Below, in pieces: positions 37,975 to 47,174 of a stretch of DNA of 64,000 nucleotides. Position numbers and translations under genes: made by a program. The notes under the pieces are model-generated. The model searched no databases and was not told where the DNA came from. It worked only from the letters and a program-made list of their open reading frames with translations. Where the stretch lies: the NCBI GenBank assembly GCA_025594325.1, contig JANHCV010000010.1, positions 372,001-436,000 of the forward strand, written 5' to 3'. Every line of letters begins with the position of its first letter. The first letter of the stretch is position 1. Source of the DNA: Blastocladiella emersonii ATCC 22665. Lineage: Eukaryota; Fungi; Blastocladiomycota.

Positions 37975-39737
37975 ATGGAAACTACATGCAATGGTCTCGG
38001 ACACCGCTTTGTCCCCGCCATCTTCGAGCGGATTCTTGTTTATGCTGTCGAGCTGAGCGACCAGGCTGACGTCGCGGCGCTGATGCAGTACTCGCGCGTC
38101 ATTCAACACAATCTCGTTCCCGGAGTTCAGCGCGTCATTCTTAAACATGCACCGAGTCTTTCCCTCTTCTCGGCAACCTGCGAGGGCCGAGTCGCTGTGC
38201 TTGAGCGGTGGGCTGCGCTTGGGTTGCCCCTCCAGCTCACCGACGCAATGACTGCGCTGCAAAAGGCGGCGGAAATCCGTTCCCTTTCCACTTTCGAGTT
38301 TTGGCGGGATACGGGCGCCCTGGCATCCGAGCTGCGCGACTTTTTCGAATGCCCAGAAACTCTCGTTATAATCAAGGTAACCGGTATCATGATGGGCTCT
38401 AGCGAAGTACGTGGCTTTGTTCATTCATTCGAGGACAGAGGACTAACGCAGGCAGCAAACGCACTTGATTCAAGGCCTCGGGCTTGGACGTTGAAGGTGC
38501 CCGCTTCCAAACCTTGCTTAACGACGTGTCGGAGGGAAAGCTCTCCGATTTGATTTTGCGCAAGCAGCGGCTGCGTCTAAATAGCATTCGTCGCCTTGGC
38601 GAAGCAATGGCAAGCCCGAACCAAGCCCTCCGTACCGTCGACTTGGACGGGACCACCCTCGACGTTCGGCGCCTCCAAGCGCTTCACTTCCCCGATACGT
38701 TGACAAGTGTCACGCTCGGCGAGCTCTGGCTCGATACTCGATCCTTTGACGCGTCCCCTGGTCCTATTTCTTGGCCGTCGTCCCTCGAATCGCTTTCAAT
38801 CTCCCGTACCGCTATCCCTACCTCACGCGAAGCGAACTTTCTTTTCAGCCGGCTCCCCGATGGCCTCAAATCGCTCAAAGTCTCCTCCTGCAGCTTGGAA
38901 AGCGAGGCAGCGAAGGATATAGCGTTTCTGCTTCCCCAGCGGCTGGAGCAGCTCAACCTTCAAGGAAGCCGCGTTAGCGAACTTGACGTCTATATCATCC
39001 TGGATCAACTCCCGTCTTCGCTGCGCATACTCGATCTCCGTAGCGCTCCAAACGGCAACGATTATTCATCCTTGGTGTCGTTTTGGCCTTTCCCACCGTC
39101 CCTGACGGAGCTCCGACTCTCTCACCTCAACACCCGTGTCAGCGACCTCACATCGTCGCTTCCGCCGACTCTTCGCGTCCTCGAAGTGTCAAATTCGGAA
39201 CTATCCGCGCCCGACTTGTCCGAGGTCTTCCAATCACTTCCACCAACCTTGCGCGTGCTCGATGTGACGGGTACGGACTTTAACCTGGTCCGCCCACGCG
39301 TGGAGTGGCAGCCATTCACCTTTTCCGCCGACTTGGAACGGCTCACCATGTCCGGTTGCCGCCTTCTCCCGTATTCCTTGACGCACTTTATCCCATGTCT
39401 TCCGACCTCGCTCCGCTTGCTTGACTTGAGCGATTGCCAAGTGACCACGACCGGCGCAAAAGTGCTCGCCCAGCATATGCCGCCGAACCTGGAAATCCTT
39501 GTGCTCGGACGCGCTGAGCTAAGTGACGGCGACGTTGCCCTCCTCGCACCGTGCCTCCCAAATACTCTTATAGCCCTCGACTTGGGCGAAAACGCCATCA
39601 CAGATGACTGCGCGGGCATCCTGGCCTCGCACTTGCCACCCGCGTCGTTGCCCTACCTTGACCTGACCGATACTCATGTGTCCGACCTGGGTCTCGACCA
39701 AATTTTTGGAGCTCTTCAGATTGCGGACACCTCGTGA
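37975..39737 (+). CDS. F-box-like/ankyrin-like/RNI-type LRR protein B3, apparently intact, 2 exons, ~564 aa
   Basis: Exons 37975-38406 and 38475-39737 (GTACGT donor, GACTAAC branch, AAG acceptor, phase 0). FVPAIFERILVYAV..FEFWR, then about 12 LPxxLxxLxL repeats. The start codon is uncertain. Confidence 0.82.
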
Positions 39738-39932
39738 GCAGCACACAGTTCGCGTCGCCCTCACAAACGTCTCCGAGCTCTACGCGAATCGCCTCGCTGT
39801 CAAGTCGATACGATCAATACACTCACATTGATCTTGTTTTTGCATTCATTGACAGGGGGTGATATTACAGTACGCTAGAGAGGGGAACGAACACGAGAGG
39901 GTAAAACGACAGCAACGTAGCGCTCGCCGGGC

Positions 39933-42073
39933 TCAGATCCCGGATGGTCCGTCGCGGTGCGGCTCGAAGCCGAGGCGATGGAACGTGTCGATCTCCTCGT
40001 CGAGGAACTGGTACCGGGCGCGCGGGTTGAGCTCCATCTCCTCGAGCTTCTTGACGACGGGCGTCGGGTTGTTGCCGATGCCCTTGAGCTCGGCGATGAG
40101 CGAGGCCGCGTAGTTGTGGAAGTCGAGGTCGCGCTGCAGCTCCTCGTCCATGGCCTGCAGGTGCTCCTTCTTGCGCGTCTGCTTGGCCACGGCCGCGACG
40201 TGGTTGTGGTCCGACTAAGCGCGGTGAACGAGGGTGAGTGAGCGTGGCCTCGGATGATAGTCGGACGAGAGGGAAGACGTACAATCTCCTTGCGGTACAC
40301 GTTGCCAAAGTCGCGCTGGATCTTCTTGAGGCGGTCCTTGCGGCGGCCGGCCGACTGCATGGCGGAGCGGGCCACCTCCTCGTTCTTCTTGCGGATCTCG
40401 GCGGCCTCGAGTCTCTCGAGCATCTTCTGGTGCTCCTTCTCGGCAATGTTGCGGTGCATGGCGTCGACGCAGCTCTGCATGTCGTCCTTGCGCTTCTCGG
40501 CCTCGGCGCGCAGCCGCGCCTCGAGCTCGCCCTCGTGCGCGTGCTCGATCTTGGCCAGCAGCTCGTCGCGCTCGCGCAGACACTCCTGCTGCACGGGCAC
40601 CTGGAGCGACCCGACGTACTCGTTGCGCGCGATCCGAGAGCTACGCGCGAACACGAGGTCAGTGGTCGAGCTCGTCGCGACGCGCCACCACGCGAGCGAA
40701 GCGACGTACCGGATCAGCGCGACCTCGGCGGCTTTGCGCTTGCGGGCGATACTCTCCTTGATGTGGATGATCTCGGCGTTGATGCGCTCGAGCTCCGAGT
40801 CCTCCTTGGTCGCTTGCACATCGCGGACCTGGCGGTCGGCGACGGCCCAGTCGAGGACGGCGACAAGTTCCTTGGTCTGGTCCTGCTTCTTCTTGGCGCG
40901 GGCGGCCTCCATCTCGCGGAGCTCCTCGGCGGCGCGCTCGGACGCGCGGGCAAACCACTCGCGCAGCTCGGCCCGCTCGCGCGCTTGCTCGGCGCGGCGC
41001 GCCTCGGACATGTGGCGGTTCTGCGCCGCCGTGTCGAGCATCATCTGCTTACACCGCCGCTGCATCTCGGCGGCCTCGGCGTCGGCGGCGGCGAGCCGCG
41101 CGAGCTCCTCGGCGAGCTCTTCCTGGGACTGCTGTGCTTGGAGGGCCTGTTCGGCCCTTTTATAGTCCAGCTGCGCCTTGCGTTCCTACACGTGGGCAAA
41201 CAGGGGAGTCAGTCATCCGCTCAGACTCGACAGAATGCCAAAAGAACCGTACCTTGAGCACCTGGGTGATGAGGGCCTGCGAGTTGAGCTGGCGGACGCG
41301 CGCGTCCTCGAGGTACTGCATCTTCTTGGCGCGCTCGACCATGGCCTGGCGCTCGGCAGCCTTGACGACGGCCCAGTCCTTGTCCATCTGCTGGCGCTGC
41401 TCCTCGGCGATACGCGACTTTTCCTGCTGCGCCGCGAGCCGGATCTTGCGCTGCCCGGCAATCGTGTTGTTCCACTTGGCAACCATGGCCACCGACTGCT
41501 CGTGCAGGCGCTCCTTCTACACTCGCACGGCAGGTTAGCTCGATGATCACACAAGAAGACGATCCCAGTCAACGGACCTCCTTGACGAGCTCCGTGTGCC
41601 GCTTGTAGTCGGGCTGGAACGCGGCGGCGGCGGGCGCGGACCGGGCGTCGTCGACCGACTGCTTGAGGCGGACGAAATCGGAGAAGGGCATGGTGGTGGT
41701 GCCGTGGGTCCCGGCGTTCCCGGCGATCAGGCCCGCGGGCGCGCCCGACTTGGTCAGCGTCGACGGCAGCCCGTTGCCCGCGGCCGCGGCGGCTGCGTTG
41801 GCGTCGCCCGGGTGCAGCGGGTCGAGCCCGTTCTTGCGCAGGCCGCGCTGTTGCTGCTGCGCGGCCTTGAGCAGGTGCAAGGGGACGCCTACACGCGGGT
41901 CGGTGGTGTGAGTGAGCGCGGCCGGGGTGGGTGTGGGTGAGCGACGCACCCGTGTAGTAGCCCGGGACGGGCAGCGAGCGCGTCGACTTGGACTGGTTGG
42001 TCGGCGTCAGCTTGGACGGGCTCGACAGGCCCGGCACCGAGTTGGTGGGGATGGCCACGTGCGAGGCGGACAT
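39933..42073 (-). CDS. CFAP210: Axonemal coiled-coil (TPH-type) protein, CFAP210/CCDC173-like, 6 exons, ~604 aa
   Basis: Exons 42073-41950, 41888-41578, 41516-41253, 41185-40710, 40640-40283, 40214-39933, all with consensus splice sites. KWNNTIAG..AKKMQYLEDARVRQLNSQALITQVLKERKAQL and C-terminal DTFHRLGF recall CFAP210 (recognised from memory, not searched). Confidence 0.75.
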
Positions 42074-43074
42074 GGTGGCGGCGGCGTCGGACGGGCGGCG
42101 AGGGTGCGGGTGGGGATCGTGGAGTCGATGCGTGGTGATGATGTCGTAATCAGGTTCGGCAGCGACGGTGGCGGTACATGGGTTGATGGTTCGGAGGAGA
42201 GCAGGTCGTAGTAGTAGTAGTAGCCGAGAGTCTAGTTGAGCAGACGAGTATACATGGGGGACTCGCACAGCGTCAGCATGACGGCGCGGCGTCGGCGCGG
42301 GCGAAAGAGGAGACGGGTGAGGCGGACCGACTGGTGCAGGACGGCGGCGTGATCGGTCGTGGCGCGGCCGGCGGCGAAAGGTCGGTGGTGGTGCCCGGTC
42401 AGTCGGTCGCGGGGTGGGCGAGTATCACACACGCGGAGGGACTCGGGTGCAGCCGGTCGATGGGGTGCGATCGAGGAGGCAATGGGCCACAGTGACGGGG
42501 GTGTCGGTGCAGCGGCGTCCAGGAGAGCGCAAGGAGTAGTTGTTGCTTGCGTTGCAAGGGGTGGTGACGGGGGGTGGGTATCCGTTACTACGGTTCGGTT
42601 TTCGAAAGAGGGGAGGAGGTTCGGCCGAGGGAGGTGGGTCACCCGCGGCGAGACGAGGCGAGGAGGGAGATATCAGGTGGTGGTGCTCGGGCGGTGATAA
42701 AAAAATAATCGTTCGAGCGAGCGAGCGGGGCAAGGGCCAGACCGAGCCGTCTCTCCCGCCCCGCGGCGGGCCCAGTGAGTCGTCGTTGCGCAGGACCGGA
42801 TCATGGTGTTGCACCAACTTATTATGCGCCAAGAGGGGGACATTGTGCGCCACATGGGAGCGCTTTTCGCGCCCCGCTGGAATGAGCCCACAGCGAAGCA
42901 TCCTCGCGTCTGGCACCGGTCACGTTTCGCGTTTTCGATACAATTTGCGCGGACACGAGCCGTGGTTCACGCAATGTCTCGCACCCGTGGTTTGCGAGCG
43001 AGTTGAGCGGGCGCGACGCGTCGTTCAGCCGCGCGTGCGTGTGGCGCGCGGCCCGCAAACGCGTCTCACGGCGG

Positions 43075-43095
43075 TCACATGATATCGAAACGCGA
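43075..43095 (-). promoter_or_regulatory. Near-perfect bipartite element (TCGCGT-N6-ATCATGTGA) ~1 kb upstream of CFAP210
   Basis: Minus strand TCGCGT TTCGAT ATCATGTGA; one mismatch to the island consensus. Confidence 0.5.
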
Positions 43096-43234
43096 GACGA
43101 AACATCGACGCGTCACGATGACTCGCGCCGAGACAGCTGCAAAATCCAATCAAGTCACATTCTAGCTAGGTCTAGTCTCGTCTAACTCGGCGCACTCTGG
43201 TATTACAAAACCACCACTTCGATCAGCCCAGCCC

Positions 43235-44041
43235 TTAGTGCTGGCGTCCCGCCGCGGACGACGTCGTCGAGACCACGGCCTCAGCGAGCGCGTCGAGCCC
43301 GCCACGCAGCGGCGCCGCTGCCGCCCGCTGCTGTTGCTGGATCTGCCAGTCGCGCGCCCCAGCGCCGCTGATCTCCTTGAGCACGGCGTTCTCAGCGGCG
43401 AGTTCGCGGTTGCGCATGCGCAGCGCCGCGGCCTCGCGCTGCAGCTCGGCCATCTCGTTGTGCGCGGCGCGCAGCATGTTGGTGAGCTGCGCAACGTGTT
43501 CCTTCTTCTTCTGCCGGCACGCCTTGGCCGCGAGCCGGTTCTTGATCAGCCGCTTGGTCTTCTTGTCCGCGATCAGGTCAAAGTCCGGGTACTCGCGCCC
43601 CAGCGCCTCGTCGACCGACGCGTACGGGAAGCTCGCGGGGCCGGGACCCGAGCTGCTGTGGCTGCTGTGGCTGCTGCTGTGCGAGTCGAGCTCGTCCTCA
43701 AAGATGACGGGCGGGCGAGGTACGGCAGCGGCGGGGAGCGCGGCGGTGGCCGGAGTTGGAATGGAGCTGGCGGACCGGTGCGACGCCGCGATGGCCGCGA
43801 GGACTGACGCGGCCTCGGCCTCGGTCGCCGTCACCGCGCCGCCCACCGCCAGCGCCGGCGCGCCGCTGAGCCGGAGGTCCGTGGCCGAGTCGCCGCGCGG
43901 CCGCGGCGATAGCCCGAGCCCGAGGCCGAGATCCGACGCCCGGCGCCGCTTCGCCGCGGGCATGTCGAGGTGCGACAGCGCGGCCGAGGCCGATCGCGTC
44001 GATGCACGGTGGTAGGTGATATCGGTGGTGGCGAAGGGCAT
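43235..44041 (-). CDS. bZIP transcription factor (CREB/ATF-like), 268 aa
   Basis: Basic region KKTKRLIKNRLAAKACRQKKKEHVAQL followed by a Leu heptad zipper; single ORF. Confidence 0.85.
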   Translation of the reverse strand: MPFATTDITYHRASTRSASAALSHLDMPAAKRRRASDLGLGLGLSPRPRGDSATDLRLSGAPALAVGGAVTATEAEAASVLAAIAASHRSASSIPTPATAALPAAAVPRPPVIFEDELDSHSSSHSSHSSSGPGPASFPYASVDEALGREYPDFDLIADKKTKRLIKNRLAAKACRQKKKEHVAQLTNMLRAAHNEMAELQREAAALRMRNRELAAENAVLKEISGAGARDWQIQQQQRAAAAPLRGGLDALAEAVVSTTSSAAGRQH

Positions 44042-44469
44042 CTTGTCGGTCGTCTAGGTCGTCGGTTTACATGCAGTCGGTGCAAGGAGCCCGGATCAGG
44101 GGTAGAGAAGCGGGTCATGACGCAGTGGCCCGCGCCGGCCAGCGTCAACAGGCTGGGCGCGTGTGGGAGACATGTCGGGTGGCGGGGGGCAGTTTGCACG
44201 TAGTATTTTCAGTCGACCGCTCGTCGACATCACGCCGCCGCCAGCGCCGGGACCGACCATGCGGGCGGGCGGACTGGGGACACGGCAGGTGCGGGAGCGT
44301 CTGGGGGACGGCGGTCGCGGTGGTGGCGGCAGTGCTCGTCGCGTCGCGCCGTCGTGGGCGACACGGCGGCGCGCGTGTCCAATTTGGTCGCTGATCGCTT
44401 CGCTCATCACCTTGTCGTCGCGTCACGCAGTGTACTAGAACATGATCATGTATTCCAACCCACCCTCGC

Positions 44470-46926
44470 TTACCTCCGACTCCGCGCCTCACTTCCTCGC
44501 GGCGACCCCGCCCCACTCGCGCCCGTCGCGTACGCGCGCTGGTCGCCAAACGACGCCGACCTCGCCATCGCCGCTGCGGCCGCCGCCCCACCCGCTCCCG
44601 CCGAGGCCATGTTCGACGACGACGACGCGCGGGTGAACGGCGACGCGTTGGGCGTGCGCAGCAGGTCGCGGTCCGACGGCACCGGCGGCGACGTCCACGG
44701 CGGCGTCACGGGGGCTGCCGGGTAGCCGTACGCAGCGTGCGCTGGCGGCGGCGGGGGAGGATGAGGGTAGTGGAGTGGCGGAGGCGGGGCGAATGGGTGC
44801 GATATCAGGCCGCCCGTGATCGAGTCCGCGGTCGTTGAATCGAACGACGCGCGGCGCGAGGTGTGTGACCGGCCGTACCCGTCACCGCCGTTGCGGGACG
44901 GGTCGGCGGCGGGAATGCCTGCTGCGGCGACGACTGTGGGCCGCGCGGGGCGGGATGTACCGGTGCTGGTGCTGGTGCTGGTGCTGCTCGCCGCCGTCGA
45001 GCGCAGCGGGGGACGACGTGGTGGCGTCGCGGTGACGGGAGCATGCGCGCCGCCGTCGTCGGACGAGTCGGGCTGGCGGTGCTGCCGGCGGCGGCGGGGA
45101 CCTGCGCGGGCGGGCGACGCCGGGTCGTCCTCGTCCTCCTCGTCGTCGTCGTGTGTCTCCGAGTCGAGCTCGTCGTCGCCGATGTGGCCCGTCTCAACCG
45201 GACCCTGCTGCTTGGTCTCGCCCGCATCCCCTCCCGCCGCGACCGTCGCCTCGGGCTCAGCGGGCTTGGGCGACGGCACACCGGGCAGCGGGATCGTGAT
45301 AAACGCGGGCTCGACGATCCCCGCGGTGATCTGGTTCTGGAGCGCCATCGTGATCAGGTCCGCGATCTTGGGCACGTCGCGGAGCTTGGTGCGGGACCCG
45401 AGGAGCGACGAGATGCGGAAGTCGAGCTTGTACCCCTGGAGCAGCGACACGGTGAGCGCGGGCGGCAGCCCGTCGACGCCCGGGTGGAACTCCATGGCGA
45501 CGGTGCCGCGCAGCTGCGTGACCTCGAGGACCAGGTGCACGGGGAGCGCGGCGAACTGGGTCTTGGGCCAGTTGAGGACGAGCTGGGTGTCGAAGCCGAT
45601 CTCGATGAAGGCCGGTTTCGCGTCCTCGGTCCCGGAAGAACCGGGAGCGCGCCGGTCCGCGGCGTCGTCGGCGTCTAGGTTCAGCTTGAGCGGGACCGTC
45701 GTCGGCGTCGTGCTGCCTGCCGCAGCGGCCGCGGCGGGCGCGTTGACGGACGACAGCGGGATGTTGGTCGGGCGCGGCGACCCGGACCGGCCGCTGGCGT
45801 GTGTCGTCGAGATCTTGCGCTGGCGCAGCGAGCCCGGGCGCGTCGAGCTGGACGAGGTAGAGGAAGCGGCGGCGGCAGCGGCGGCGTTGGACTGGGCCTG
45901 CGCCTGCGCCTGAGCCTGAGCCTGCGACACGAGTGAGGCGCGTTTCGCGACGTCGGTCAGGCTCTCGAACTCGATTTCGAGCTCGATGCGCTACGGGGAG
46001 AGATCAGTGATGGCCCGAGGTAGAGAGTAGGTGAGGAAGCGTATGTACCCAGCGCTCATTCATGGCCGAGTTGCTCGACCCGGACCGCGACGAGCGCGCC
46101 GTGTTGCGGCTGCTGGGCTGCGGCGGGTCCATGCGGCACGGGCGCAGGCGGGCGCGGCGGAACAGCGGGAACTGGTCATTTTGGCCGAGCGAGAAGTCGG
46201 AGACGGTGATCCGGTCCTACAATCTCAAACGAGTGAGTACACGGGTCGGCGATCCCACGAGCGGGTACGGCGTACGACAAAGGCGGGCAACGACTTGTTG
46301 ATGATCGCCTGCAGGACATCAACCTTGAGCCACTCCATGAATCGCGCGTCGGAGCGGTAGTTGGAGATGATCTCGGACAGGAGAAAGTTGGCGAAGGCGA
46401 GCGACTCGCCCTCGACCTGCGGGCCGGCCGAGGGGTCCGATACCGCGGCGGCCGCTGCCACTGCCGCAGCAGCAGCCGCGGCCGCAGAGCTCGACCCCGT
46501 GCCCGTGCCGAGGAGCAGCTGGTCAATGGCCGCCGCAAGCGGCTCGTTGGACAGCATCTGGCGGTGCAGGAGGATGAGCGTCGACAGGGGCAGCGGGAGG
46601 AGCGGGCCGGTCCCGCCTCCGCCACTGCCGCGCGCGGCGCCCGAGGCCGAGCCCGAAGCGGATGACGGAGCGCCGTTGGCGCCGTACGTCGACGCGGTCC
46701 GCGTGCGGCGGCGGTAGAGCAGGTGCTTGGACGGCGACTTGGGCGAGTGGAACAGCAGCATGCGCGCGGCGACGAGCGCGCACGCCACGGTCAGGAAGAT
46801 GCCGAGCAGCAGGCCGCGCACGAACTGCGCCGTCGCCTGCGACGCGATCAGGTACACCAGGTCGTTGCCGGGCGCCGCGACGGTGTCGGCCGCGGCGCTG
46901 GCGGCGGCCGAGGATGCGGCGGACAT
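44470..46926 (-). CDS. MMM1: ERMES subunit Mmm1 (ER-anchored SMP-domain protein), ~779 aa
   Basis: Exons 46926-46276, 46216-46049, 45990-44470. TM segment FVRGLLLG, ESLAFANFLL, DTQLVLNWP..ALPV, LDFRISSLLGSRTKLRDVPKIADL. A further short 3' intron (44473-44435) is possible. Confidence 0.9.
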
Positions 46927-47174
46927 GTGGTTCAGTTACAAGTGTCGTTGTGCCCGGTGTGGGCGAGATGCATGGTGTGCCGATCGGCCGTGTGGAGGAG
47001 CGGGAGAGGACGAGCAGGGACAACATCGCCAGCGTGGCACGTCGGCGCCGACCGACCCAGCCGACCCGGCCGACCCGAAGCCGCTCCCGCTCTGCTCTCC
47101 TCCACTCGGATTGCTCAGCAAAACCAGCTGCCATGAATTGCTCTCCCCGCAACGACCCGACCCGCAAGTGAACC
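46927..47174. promoter_or_regulatory. 248-bp bidirectional promoter shared by MMM1 and MDM34, with two mirror-image uORFs
   Basis: Divergent ATGs at 46926 and 47175; uORFs at 46973-46932 (minus) and 47133-47171 (plus). Confidence 0.75.

Noticed and set aside
27173-39737. RIP-like hypermutation as the cause of island pseudogenes
   Set aside because: Lesions are mixed (indels and isolated stops), the A4 change is not in a CpA context, and there is no visible TpA excess. A formal RIP index was not computed.
42074-43234. RFX X-box upstream of the flagellar gene
   Set aside because: No convincing GTTNCCATGGNAAC-like palindrome found; the nearest look-alike (GTCTCGCGGCAAC near 49869) precedes PKC1 and is degenerate.
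45893-45925. QAQAQAQAQ and poly-Ala tracts in MMM1 and other core genes
   Set aside because: Low-complexity insertions are pervasive in all core proteins here and are not locus-specific.
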